Part shown: positions 1 through 12,224 of the stretch, in pieces
Layout of the letters: each line of letters starts with the position of its first letter
How positions within the stretch are numbered: position 1 is the stretch's first letter
Origin: Psammoneis japonica
Taxonomy: Eukaryota
Assembly (NCBI GenBank): GCA_008632985.1
Contig: QPGO01000077.1
Coordinates: forward strand, 1 to 64,000
Length of the DNA: 64,000 nt
Reading direction: 5' to 3'
Notes under the pieces: model-generated
What the model was told of the DNA's origin: nothing
What the model saw: only the letters and a program-made list of their open reading frames with translations
Databases searched by the model: none
Made by a program: the position numbers and the translations under genes

Positions 1-343
1 GACCTGCCAGAAACCGCAGTCAATTCCACCTTGAATTACAATGGCAAAGATTCCCTCGCCCGGTATCTCCATTGGATCCATGGCAAACTTTTGCTCCGGC
101 CTTAACAGCCGCCTTGACGGCAGCATGAATGTCCTCAACAAGCATGTACGGTCGCACAACTGGAGTTTCCGTTTCCCGCATGGGCATGCGAAGCCCAATC
201 TTTCCTCCATTCAAAAAATCTGCGGTTCGGGCCCCACCAAAATTGGCATTGGGCTCGCTAAATGTCACACCGTGAATTGCCGAGTACTGCTCGCACAAGG
301 CATCAACTTTTGATGTGACAATCTCAAGATAATGGACTTTCAT
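1..343 (-). CDS. VOC/glyoxalase-like protein of a bacterial-type family; +1 frameshift near 85-88; 3' end runs to the window edge
   Basis: ATG at 343 gives MKVHYLEIVTSKVDALC...GGARTA...ETPVVRPYMLVEDIHAAVKAAVKAGAKV. Removing one T (gtt t gcc) continues AMDPMEIPGEGIFAIVIQGGIDCGFWQV, a typical VOC C-terminus. No intron. Confidence 0.75.
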
Positions 344-530
344 GGCGTCCCTTTTTGTTGATGAAATCGAATTGACTGTCGAATCAATAATAAACAGCAG
401 AAGACAACCTATCTTCAATCTCAAGAATCTGCAACAGTAGAATGGCAACAAGCAAAAAAAAAAAAAAGATCTTTCGCAAGATCCACCAGCTGTCGTACCG
501 GTACCAGCAATCAAGAAAAAAATGGCCAAA

Positions 531-570
531 GAGCGCATTCACCTAAACTGTAACAAAAGCTCTATCGTGC
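531..570 (+). repeat. ~40-bp motif, copy 1 (copy 2 at 23241-23280)
   Basis: gagcgcattcacctaaactgtaacaaaagctctatcgtgc versus gagcacattcacctaaactgcaacaaaagtttatcgtacg; both copies follow an A-rich tract. Confidence 0.85.
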
Positions 571-1074
571 CTTTGACGACTCGATGACAGGATCCATCGC
601 ATCGGTCCGCCACCATGGTTGTTGTTGGTCCAGCTGCAAAGCTGTGATGCTTGCCATCTTGATCGGCAAATTCAAAGTCGGCCTCACAATGTCGCTGCTC
701 CCTGCTTTCTTCCACATGGTGGTGCGTGGTGCTCTCTGCGATTCTGAAGCAGCCAGCTGCTCCTTCATCACAGGCAGCCCAACCTTCTCAATGCATTTGA
801 GTTGCTCATCGATTGCAGATTTTAGTGGGCATGCCCCATCAAACCCTGCACAAAGCTCCTGCAGTGTCTCTCTGGTGACACCAGCATGATCAGCGCAAGC
901 CAGCGCAACAAGAGAGCTGTGTTTTCTGACGTGAGCTGGCCTGGTGGCTGCTTTGCTTTTTCCACTGGAGCCACCACCCNTTCCTTCTGACAATGGGAGA
1001 ATGCCAAACTTCTTTCAAGATTAATGGCAGATTGGTTCTGGCCACCAAGCATCTTGCATCATGACACCACACTT

Positions 1075-1700
1075 TCAACTGTGATTCAGCGCATCTTTCA
1101 TTCGCTCGTCATCCGCTTTGATGCTGGACTTCCTGCAGCCACCAGCCATGTTGTCAAATGAGTCTAATGCAAAATTTTCTTTGTTGTCAAGGAGCTGCAG
1201 GACTCTTCCTCTGCTTTGCTGCTTCTGCAAAAATCTGCTTGGCTTTCTCATTGGGGAATGACTTTTCCAGGCATGGGAGCAAACCAGAAACGATGAAGCG
1301 GGCATTGGCAGAGTTGTGTGGAATGAAAGAAAATGTGACTGTGTCATCTTTCTTGCTGGCATTGGTTGTCATGGTGCAAAAATCAAGCAAACCATTTGCC
1401 TCACAGGAAATGATCAGTGAGCGGAGAGAAACGATTTTGACACCTTGCGGGGGGGGGGGAAGACCAACCCTGCAATTTTGCAGGATTGACGTTCTGCAGC
1501 ATGCGCTGTTTCCATGATGTTGTCACAGAAGTTTTTCTGATTGTTGCGGAGCCTCTTGCACTTGAACTCACAGTTTGCTGTTGCAAGGAATTTGTTTGCA
1601 GGGATGAAGTGTGCCCAAGTGTCAAGAGGAAACTCAACAGCCACGGATGAGCAAATGTCAGACACAGCATTGATGGCATGGTTGCAGTCTCTTGTTCATG
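1075..1700 (-). pseudogene. Degenerate coding remnant, possibly ORF1 of a non-LTR retroelement
   Basis: Broken frames with protein-like segments (FPLDTWAHFIP...RLRNNQKNF; DDTVTFSFIPHNSANARFIVSGLLPCLEKSF). Family call is from recollection only. Confidence 0.25.
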
Positions 1701-2582
1701 AGCAGCCTCATCATGAAGGATGCACGTGGGGTTCCTTCACTTGCACGCAGTCATTGTTGAGTTAAATCCTGGTCTTCCAGAGGCAATCACATGCCAGCGG
1801 AGGTCAGCTCTGCTCTTTTTCCATGTTTGGATTCTGTGAAATCCTCTTTGGTGGTGGTGCACCAGACTTGGGCACTCATCTGAGGGGATGTGTTCCAGCC
1901 GCACGTGACCCAAATCGTGCACAAAAACGACAATTGCGCGATTTTTGCGCGGTCTCTGACTTGCGAACGGAAGTGGTAGATTCACACACAAATTCGAATG
2001 TTTTGCAACACTGACAAGACTCGTGTGAGTGTTGCAGTGTCATTGTCACTCTGCTGTTTGTGTTTTTTATTTTAAACGAGTCGCAACACAACGGATGATT
2101 TTCGGCAAAAACATTGCCGTCATTTGGATGTCACACAAATGTGTCTTTCTACGATGCTGCTTGGCAGGTTTTCCACCTGCACAGAAATCTCAGCACAAAT
2201 CTTCTGACGTACAATCAGCATTGAGTCTGCTGAGGAAGTTTATGATGCACATCCCATGAGGACTTGAACACCCCACAAAAACCATTTAAATGTTCACATG
2301 TGCTCTGGACGCCTGCAAAAGTCAATCCGTCTAAGTGTTTCACATGAAAATGCTGCGTGCACTGCTAGAAGATACACAATTTATGTTCAAAATTGATTGT
2401 CGTTTTGTGCGTCACCGGGACCAGAACACGTCAAACAGCCATCCAATGTTGGGAGTTTTCTCAACATCTGGGGCAGCATGGAAATGAAGCCCATGTGAAG
2501 CTGCACTCAGCTCAGGTTGGGTCTTGTCAGTGAGTGCATTTGCACTGATTGTGGAGGCCAGAAAAATCAAAGCATGGTGCAT

Positions 2583-3051
2583 TGAAGCAGGCATCCCTGC
2601 CGTGTGGCTGCTGATGATGCCACTTTCCTGCGTCTGCAGGCTGTCCACAGCAAAGCTGATCCCGCAGAAGCATGTTGTAGAAAACATGACTCCCAGTGCA
2701 AGACCTGAGACAGGCTGCAGGAGTGACCCATGCGACTGAGACCAGCGTGACTGGCCATCGCGCACGTGACTCACCTTGCATGAAGGGTCTGCGCATTGCG
2801 CAGGATGCAGGGCCCTGCGCAGTGCCGAGCATGAGCCTGCGAATTGGCTCCACATGAGTGTCAATGAGTGCCACAAAAGACTTGTGCTTGAGTCTTTCCA
2901 ATGACTCATCATGCAACAAGAATTCTTGTTTCTTAGAAAAGAACACCATCGCACATTTGTGCTCTAACTAAAACAATCTCACAATTTTCACAACACCCAA
3001 ATCTATCTCTGCAGCGTTGCAAGCACTTGTTCCCCATTTCTGCATGGGTCA
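2583..3051 (+). repeat. 5' LTR
   Basis: TGAAGCAGGCATCCC...TTCTGCATGGGTCA; aligns along its full length with 4551-5065. Confidence 0.9.
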
Positions 3052-3099
3052 TGGTGACATTGCTCCCGGCAAGTGCAAGAACAGTTTGCTTGGTTGACA

Positions 3100-4287
3100 A
3101 TGAAGGTCGGACAAATGGTGCTTAGCGCATTCATGACACTGGCGGTCGTTCCACCGATTGCCTTTCAACGTCCGGTCCCCAGGGTTCTGAAAGAGAACCA
3201 AAGTCAGACGTGCAAACTGTGCACGAACCCAAATGACCCGGATGGTCCTACGCATGAACTTGCGGTCGCCTGCTTCTCGGCGCAGTCACCTGAAGAATGG
3301 CTCCTTGTCATAAAGGACTGTGACCGTGCATGCATCGGGCAGAACATTGCGACAGGACCCGGTGAATTTTTGCTCACGAGAAGGCTGTTAGAGGGTGATG
3401 CCCTTGCTGCCTTTGACAATGCAGCGGCGAACGAAAATGCAGAAATGGCAATGTCGTTGGCATGTTGCATGGCTGCTGTCACCAAAAGTGTTTTCCCAGA
3501 AAGGGCTGCATTGACACAGAAGCGCCATTTAAGGCATTTCATGCAAAAGCCGTTAGATGTCAAAATTCGTGAGCATGTCGCTTGTGCCATAGAAATCAAT
3601 GAGTGCACTCCAAAATTTCCACCAGTTGAAGACAATGGACAAGCTCCGCAAGCGCCATCCGAAGACGAGTTGGTTGATTTGTTGGAATGTGGCATTCCAC
3701 GGCTGTGGCAGTGCCAAATGAAGTTGCAAGGATTCAATCCTTTGGCACACACTGTTCCAGAATTTGTCTCATTCTGTGAGCATGTGGAAGAAGTTGAGGC
3801 TGCTGACAAGCTCATGGCCTCTGCCTCACCTCAAGATGACCCTGAAGACGCCAAGATGAAGTCAGCAGATGATCTGATTCCACGCAAACGATCAAGTTCC
3901 GAGAGTCGTACACCGAGCGAGTTGATGTCGGCAGCAAAGGAGTGAGTTTCGATGATGTCAGACGGAAAACGTGGTCACCCATGCATGCTTCACGGTGCAT
4001 GCAACCCCAACACTGAAGATTGTTGGTCTCTGAAACGTCAGGTCAAGAAACTCAAGACTTTGGATGCACACAGATCGGAGTGCAAGAATGCGCACAAGCG
4101 TGACACTGGCGCAAGCAAGGAAGAAATCAACATCATCATTGAACGAGCCACAAAAAATGCACTGAAACATGTGGCACATGATGACGCGAAGGCAGACAGC
4201 GAACTTCATGCCTTTGACAATGCACGCCTCTCTGAAGATTCTGATGCTGACACTGATGATGTGGCAGCAACGAGTCTCCAAGAATGA
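3100..4287 (+). pseudogene. gag: gag (capsid plus degenerate zinc knuckle), frameshifted ~3880-3950
   Basis: PEEWLL...IGQN...RRLLEGDALAAF...VFPERAALTQKRHLRHFMQKP...EINE...GIPRLWQ...QGFNP, then CMLHGACNPNTEDC. Positions expected to be Tyr read Cys or His. Confidence 0.8.
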
Positions 4288-4550
4288 TGGCCGACATGGC
4301 AGTGACCTGTGCAACCCCAGTGGCTTGGACAATTTGACAAATGTCCCAATGCTCCTGAGTGCAGCACTCACTTGTGCATGTTCTGCTGCAGGCCACACAT
4401 GGCAAAATGTCCAGTGAAATGGCAACAATGACAATGACATCCTTCGTGCATGAGAAGGCATGTGCGCTGGTTTTTTGGACACACCAACAATGTCCTTTTT
4501 CCAGCAGTGGGACCCTTCTGTCACTCGTGCGACCTTGTCACAGGGGCAAG

Positions 4551-5065
4551 TGCAGCAGGCATCCCTGCTGTGGCCGCCGATGATGCCACTTTCCTGCATC
4601 TGCAGGCTGTCCGCAGCAACGCTGATCCCACAGAAGCATGTTGTAGAAAACATGACTCCCAGTGCGAGCTGTCCGCAGTGATGCTGATCCTGCAGAAGTG
4701 TGTTGCAGAAAAACACGACTCCCAGTGCGAGACCTGCGATGGGCTGCAGGAGTGACCCATGCGACTGAGACCGGTGCGACTGGCCATCGCACACATGACT
4801 CACCTTGCACGAAGGGTCTGCACAGGATGTGCGCAGCACCGAGCATGAGCCTGTGAATTGGCTCCGCATGAGTGTCAACAAGTGTTGCAAAAGACTTGTG
4901 CTTGAGTCTTTCCAATGACTCATCATGCAACAAGAATTCTTGTTTCTTAGAAAAGAACACCATCGCGCATTTGTGCTCCAACTGAAGTGATCTCATGATT
5001 TTCACAACACCCAAATCCATCTCTACAATGTCATGAGCACTTGTTCCCCATTTCTGCACAGGTCA
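4551..5065 (+). repeat. 3' LTR with an internal ~63-bp tandem duplication (~4606-4731)
   Basis: TGCAGCAGGCATCCC...TTCTGCACAGGTCA; the segment ctgtccgcag...gactcccagtgcgag occurs twice. Confidence 0.9.
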
Positions 5066-8000
5066 GCATGATTGGTTTCCCTCAACAGTTTGGGCAAATG
5101 TGGCTTTAAAGTCCTTTTGTGGTTTCACACTGTTGCAGGGGGTGTTGCTTGGGGAAAAGATTGCTGGGTCTTTGCTGTTGGCAGCACAGGCAGCAATTTC
5201 CAAGGCGGAGTCTCCTTCATCTTGGAGGATTTTGAAGAATTCCAGGCACGCAAGCTTGTCGCAGCTCCTCATTCACATGAGAGTGGGGTTTGATGGGTTG
5301 TCCTTGATTTTGCAGTCATGGCAGAGGTGATGATTGCACTTGATTGCAACAGCCGTGTTTGCATTGGATTGCAAAAGGTTTCAGCATTGCAAGGGGGGGG
5401 GAGGGGGAACTCCTCAATGATTTGTGGCAGAGTTCTCATTGTCATGAGCCAAAGTCATCAATGCCATTTGTGTTGGCTTGTTTGTGCACATTTTCTGCAG
5501 AGGGTGCACCAGTGAGGAGCATTGCTGTTGCGCCATTGTTTTTGATGATGGGGGTGCAGTTGACCCTGGTGTGTTTGCTGCATGGCTTGAGGTTGGTGCG
5601 GGGAGGAGGCATTGTTGAGTGAGGTTGAGATGTTCCTGTGCAAAAGAGCAGCAGAAACCATGGGAAGTGTGCAGGACTTCAAAGCATTGTTGTCCACTCT
5701 GCCAAAAAGTGCAGGTCAAGCCCAACATGGTGATGCTCAATGCATGGCTTCTAATCATGCACAGCTGGGGTTCAGCAGTCAAGCTGCGGCAGGTTCTGTG
5801 CAGTCACGAGTCAAACACAGGATGTTTGAGCCTGCATTTGAGGTCTCTCTGCAGGGCTTCAGTGCTTGCATGGAATCATGGTGCTTAAATTGTGCAGGCC
5901 AGCCCAGCTGCATTGGGGTCCCTGAATGAAAATCAAGTCCAGCATCAGCTTCATCTTTGTCAAGATCACCTGTGCACTCATGAGCAATTTGGTGGTGATT
6001 TTCCACATGGTTGGTTGAAGACTGGCTGGGTCGAGCATGGCAAGGTGGTTGGCCTCCTTGGCTCATGGCACAGAAGAAGAAGATCAACCAATCCACAAGC
6101 GCACATGATGAGAAGTTTTTCTGCTCTCAGCTCATGGTGGAGACAGTGCCGAAGCTCCAAACTCAAATCCCAGAACCTCTCGTGCCAAACAGGAGTGTCA
6201 AAGGGGCACTTCTCTTGGCTGGGCTCCTTTGTGCTTTGTGGCTCAAAGCAGCTCCAGTGGCTGGGGTCCAAGAAGTCAACACACTGCTTCTCTGGGCTGC
6301 TGCACAACAATCCCCTCCTTCTGAAAATTTGGTGTCATAAATGCGTACGATCGTACGGGTTGAATGGTCTGTCCATCGAACGATTTTCGATTTCGGCTCT
6401 GGCACTTGTTTCCCATGGAAGTGGTGGGGTCTGCGTGCACTTCTACGCAATGCATGCTAAGAATGCTGCCAACAAATCACTTTTCCCAAGACACTTCATG
6501 GCGTTGTTGACCACTGCTCCTGCCTCACGCTGAAGCTTTCCTGCCTGTCCTTGGCATTGCAGCACTTCTTTTCATCACAATGGTTGTCAACATGAGTGAG
6601 TGTGAAGAAGAAATGGAGTCAATTGGCGAGGAAGACCTGGAGCCGCTTGACCACAATGAGGCGCTGCCGCCAAGCATGACAGCTCTGAAACATTTGAAGA
6701 TCGCCTGACAACACAAGGCATTTTACACGGAAGCTGACATGCCAGACAAAGGATGCAAATGCTTCCGAGTGGAAGAGCCAGAAATCTTTGCGTGAGAGCT
6801 TCAAAGTGCCAAGGAGCGGAAGGCAGTGGAACAATCAACCATCGCATTGTGCTTTTCTGATTTGTCTTGTTTGGTTTGGTCTGGCAAGTTCAGGCTTGCA
6901 CCATCAGATGATGGCAGCAATTGGTGGTTGAATTGATTTGCAAAACCATCTCAACAACTGCACTTCTGGTGTCTGGGTCTCTTTCATTGCATTGAAGTCT
7001 TTCTCATTTAAGGAATCATTGAACACAAGAACAGCCTTCACATGAACCAGAATGAGCAACTTGAGATTCAGGAAGTTGGACTCCTTTGCAAGGAAATGCG
7101 TTTTTGCAAGAGCGTCTGGGTCTTCATGATTTTCATCAAGCAGATTTTCTTGTCAACTCGGGGGGCTCGGGAGAGCTTCTTGTTGCCACAGTGATTCGAT
7201 GCTAACTCTTCTGCCGGCATCTGCCGGTGTGCCATCACCGACCATGCATCAAACCCTGCTGCATCTTTGCCATGCTTTGTTTTTAGTTCTGCGCTGTCCA
7301 CCATCAGCACAAGCCCATCTCCAGGTGCAAATTCTGCCCTGGGCTCAAGGCAGGCTGCAACAGATTCAGAAGCCTTTGCAACACCAGCCGCCAACACAGG
7401 TGTTGTCACTTTGAAGTTGGCAAGAGCATCTCACCAATGAGTCGCCTCGTCTTCCTTGCTTGTTCATCGTCTCCACAAAAGCGTTCACATCAGTGCCATT
7501 GATGGTGAATGCAAAAACAGACAGTGGCAAGGCCGTTCTGTTTTCTTCTGACATGAGGTGTTTGAGTGCATTTTTTGAGCTCATTGGGTCAGCCCCATTT
7601 CCTGTCGTCGCCGCAGGCAAGAGCACGGACAACATGTTCTTGAACATTTTCGCGACGGTGAGTTTGGTTTGATTGTCATTTGCAGCAATGTCTCCTTTTC
7701 CATTGATTGCTGCAAATCTAACTGGGGTGTGCGGCATTTTGCCATCCCCATCTGTTTCAACTGCTGCTTGCTCCGCAAGTGGCAGGCCATCTGTTCTGAT
7801 TGTTCTTGATGCGGTGCCTTCATTTTGTTTCTCCCAGAGGAACTCCAATGTTCATGACTTGGTGGGGTTCCTCTTTTTCTTTTTCTTGACAGGAGCTGGG
7901 CATTCAAACTCGACTTCACTTTTTTCCGATTCACGATTTCTCTTTTGGATGGTGCGAACTGTCTTGTGGCTGGTGACGCGTTGATCACAATGCAATGGGC

Positions 8001-9009
8001 TCTGGGATGTCTTTTCCGCTGGCAAACGAACCATGAGTGAAGACAAATTTTGCAGCCTCAAGGAGTCAGAGTGACAATGCACTCCTCCTCTTGCTCCTCA
8101 GCACATTCAACACCATGCAAGTGACATTTTCAATTGTCGTCGTTGTTGTCGTAATCCGCTGGAGAGTCGCAACGAGATGGTGCAGGGAAGAAAGAGTGGT
8201 TTCACTTCTCCACTTCATGATTTTGAAAATTTGATTTTGGTGTGTTTTTACATGCAAGTCTACAATCATCTGGGATGTTCTCAATCCAAGAATGCGAGCT
8301 TGGAGAGCTTTCTCAGGTCTCATGAGGGCCACAGGACAGAACTGGACATGTGATGGTGCACCCACAATGATGTGCAAACTCAGCAACGAACCTTCTGGCA
8401 GGGCCAGCTGATCAATCCGATGGAGTCAGTCAGAGTGCTTGACAACAAGGGCATGGAGTGCAATCAGAGGGAAGCACTGATGGTGTCAGAGCTGCAGATG
8501 GTTGCTCCAGTCTGGGTGCCCCCACACGTGTCAAGTTGCCCCAGCTGGGGGCGAGCCAACCAGCCGAGCTCGCATGCACACGGAGATCCAAGTGCCTTCC
8601 TGATGCACTGCCTGGATGACCACTCCAGAGCAGCACCTCAGACAGAATGCAATCAGAGAGCATCTGCCAATGAGCAGCAGCAGCAAGAGCCCAGTCAACA
8701 GCTTCACAAAACTGCCAGCGCGGCCAAATCACAAGCTGCCCAAAATGGATCTGCTGAATGTTCCAAAGCAAGGTTCTCCCACACACTTGCACCAGAGACC
8801 AGTGCAAGTTTCAGGGACAACCATCTTCACAACAATCAACCAAGTGCTGCTGAAACAATCTATGGTGGTCCCAACATGTGCCGGTAGACGGCCTGTGATC
8901 CGCAAAGCAACGAGCTAGAAATTCAGGGCGACCGGAAGATTGGTCGGTGGACAGACGACCCTGGAGCGAGGCAACGCCGCCAACGGCACACAAACCGCAA
9001 CCATGATGA

Positions 9010-11594
9010 ATGATGACTGATGCAAGCAATCGCGACGAGTGGCTCTCTCAGATCAAGGGGGAAATCCAGGATGAATTGGGCGCTGCATGGCGTGAAAGCC
9101 GTTGGACGGAGTTTATTGAGGAAGTATTGTGGTCCCTGCACGAGAATGATATCGTTGACGGAGACACGATTCGCACCGCCGAGGGCCTTATCAAGTGCGG
9201 AGTACGAACCAAGAAGCATCTGATTGCAATGGCCGGAAAGCCTCCCGACGATGAAAAATTGTCGAGAAAGCTTGAGGCGAAAGGCGTGTCTCTCGTCATC
9301 TGCGCTGTGTTGTTCAACGAGTACGTCCATGTGAAACAGATTGGTAAGTCTGACTGGCGTTGTACATATTGAATATGAGTTGTCAAACATACTGTACAGT
9401 ATCTCGTTCTTGGTTTCTATTGTTCCATCGCATATACGGTTTCAACTATAAAAACTCATCCTGATTGTGCTTGTCTATTCTATTCAAAGTAGCTTCACTA
9501 CAGCAGCAGCAGCAGCAGCGGACTGGCATGTTTACTGTCTTCGTGAGAAACCACAATTTGTCAGTCACGAATGTTATTAAGTTCCACGATAAGCGTTTTC
9601 CATCGACTGTGGGTGAGTTCTGGGAGGCGACAGGCCTTGAATGGACCGTTGACTCTGCGTGTGTCACGGTAAAAATGCTTATGGGCTGGGAAAAATTGAG
9701 CGACAATCCCAAAAATACAGCAAATTATGCTGAGGGTGACCCCAGCTTCGGGATTATGTTTCAGTTGTCGCCTTACCGTACTCCTACATCAAGTCCTATT
9801 AGCGACGAATACATCAGTATCCAGGCCGAGGAGGAGTCGAATTTTGCTGAATGTATCCAAAACTTATTTCGCGAGAATCCTTTCAATGCAGCTATACCAG
9901 AGCTGTACGAAGACGGGGCGATCCGTGGGTTACGATTGTTCTTCCAGCAGGGAAGAGAAGAAAGAACAAGGTCGTTGGCTTCGGAGGTGAAAACGCTTGC
10001 TCTGATATTTGCGATGCCTGGGGCAGGAAAGACTCGGACTGTACAAGAAGCAGCTCATAGTCTTGGTTTGGAGTATCACAGATTCAAGATGTCTAACGCA
10101 AACTTGTCCACGATGAGAGAGGTAAGGCAGTTCCTCTTGAAAAGGGTAGCAACACTCTGCGACTGCGAAACGAATGCGATACCTCTAGAGAGAAAGGTGC
10201 TGGTGCTTCATTTTGATGAAATTCAATCAATTATGAGAGCTCCACGTGATGACGGAGACAGAGATAATTCCCTTGTGACCACGCTGGCCAAAGAATGTGA
10301 TGCGTTGATTAACAAACATGGGGAGAACCAACGTTCGTGGCTCAAGTTTGTAATGACAGGCACCAATATCTTCTCGGACACACAGATCAATGTGGGCAGT
10401 CAAGTGAAAACAGAATTGATACCGATGGGGGGCTCTTTTTCTCATGACTTTGTATGCCAGCTTGCGAGGAAATATAATCTCATGCCATTTTTCGCTGAAG
10501 ACAACGAGAAATATCTGGAACGCTGTCGCCACAACCGACGCTTTACCGAACGATTTTTCTGTGCTTTGTGGGACAAACGAGGCGAGGGCATCGCTGATCC
10601 CTCCGTTGTGGATGATGCGTATCACTCGGCACTCAGTGCAATGAGTCGACAAATTGCTGGAAACATGGGAGGAGAAACTATCAACGTATCTTCAGTTGCA
10701 TGCACTGTCTTCGCAAAGATTCTGGATATCAACTCTGAGATGATAGTCAACGGCATCGCAATACTCAAAAACTGTTCCATGACTGAGAAGTCTTATATTG
10801 CGGGTGGCGGGTTCAACGTGAAGGAAATGATGGGGAGCGATATTTCAATCTTCTACCCCGCTGGATGTGTTCTCGAGCTCCTTGAACGACTGCTTGCCCG
10901 TACGAACTCACGACACAGCTGCAACACTGTTATATCTTTCCTCCGCGTCAGTGGAGTCCTTCAGTTTGGAATCAAAGGCCATTTGTTTGAATGGCTGGTG
11001 GCCTACGATATTTCGTCTCCTCGTTCAGAATTTGATGCGCTGATGCCGCCTAATCGCAAGCGTCTCTCGGAATGCATTGGCGCAGTTCCACTCTCTTGCC
11101 CAAAAGTCTATGAGAAGATTGCCGGCGGTGACACAACGAACTATACATGGATCGTTTTGGACCAGCACAACGCTCATCAAAATCGATGGATAGACTTTGC
11201 ATACTCAATTGAAGTCCCGGCTGGTTTCAAGGCTGCGTACGTCATAGTGGAATGCAAAACGGGATACAAGAAGGACCGAGCAAAACTGAAGGGAAACTGT
11301 GAAACGTTCTTCGCGAAGGCTTCTGAGTATGCAGGAACTAAATCGGACTTCTTCTTTATGGCCGTCTTTGCATGTGAGCACGAGTTCAATCATGAGAGGT
11401 ATGCAGAACATCCAAGAAACTTGGAGACTGCTGTTGCGGTGGTTAATGAGGTGTCTTGTCCCACAATCGCCCGTTTTCTTTGCGCCGACCACAGCAATTC
11501 AGGTGACGTAAACGCTCTTGTCCACGAACTCACATCTGCGGTGATTCGTGATGATGGGGCAAAGCCGTACCCCGGTGGTACGCCGTGTAAATAA
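9010..11594 (+). CDS. Crinkler/RHS-like protein: helical N-terminal header, polyQ linker, P-loop NTPase, C-terminal PD-(D/E)xK restriction-endonuclease fold; 2 exons (9010-9343, 9493-11594), ~811 aa
   Basis: Phase-1 intron GTAAGT...TAG (9344-9492) joins the frames exactly. Walker A MPGAGKT (~10014), Walker B LVLHFDE (~10200), GHLFE helix (~10977), WID (~11187), VECK (~11247). Normal TA/CG content. Confidence 0.75.
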
Positions 11595-11899
11595 CTTTCT
11601 CTCTCGAGGCACTACGGGCATCGTCGCACGTGTTTACGGCAGTGATGGTTCGACGAAACAAGCTCGTTTGAATGCCTCAGTACCCTTGATGGTGTCCGTT
11701 GTCTGTGGCAACTGGCAACGTGTCTTATTCAACTGAAACTTCTGCCCCGGTGTAACTCGCTGACTGCTTTTTTGGGACTTTTACCTTCCGCTTGGGATCC
11801 CACACAGCAGCTGCTTTAGTTTGTACAATTTTGGGGCGTGGGCGACTCGGTAAAGTAGTTTATGCGAAAGCTTCATCCAAGGATGATAGGAGTGCGAAT

Positions 11900-12224
11900 C
11901 CTGGAATGGCACCGGCACCTAGCTAGACTCGAACATAGTAGAGATCCAACTCATCAAAATGCACTAAATGATGTATGTTGAAATCCACTACTATCCCATC
12001 TATCCCTCTGCCAATTCACTGTATGGCACTTTTCGTCACCATCACAGCACCCTGTACAACAGTCGCAAGTGTTGATTGGATTGGATTTTCTTCAGGGACC
12101 GCAATCTGCTGAGCAGGCGAATTTCGGAGGGGACTTGCCCTTCAAACTCATTGATGTGAATCCATGCGATGTACAATTCACTCAGTTCTGACAGCTCCGT
12201 TGCTGAAAGACAATTTTGGAGCAA
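11900..12224 (-). pseudogene. Leucine-rich-repeat gene fragment
   Basis: LSELYIAWIHINEFEGQVPSEIRLLSRLRSL fits the plant-type LRR consensus LxxLxLxxNxLxGxIPxEIGxL; truncated by the adjacent repeat block. Confidence 0.5.

Larger units (their letters stand above)
2583..5065 (+). mobile_element. Complete non-autonomous gag-only LTR retrotransposon (Gypsy-like gag)
   Basis: Two direct LTRs with TG...CA ends; 4-bp target-site duplication GCAT (2579-2582 and 5066-5069); PBS-like TGGTGAC directly after the 5' LTR; purine-rich aggggcaag before the 3' LTR; internal gag, no pol. Confidence 0.9.
575..8860. other. TpA-depleted, TG/CA-rich repeat/TE block 1 (briefly interrupted ~6335-6460)
   Basis: Long stretches with almost no TA; overlapping ORFs are Tyr-poor, Cys/His-rich and end almost only in TGA. 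Confidence 0.9.

Noticed and set aside
5290..8860. Further decayed coding remnants (e.g. 7366-7848, minus strand)
   Set aside because: Protein-like in places but no family could be recognised; covered only as part of block 1
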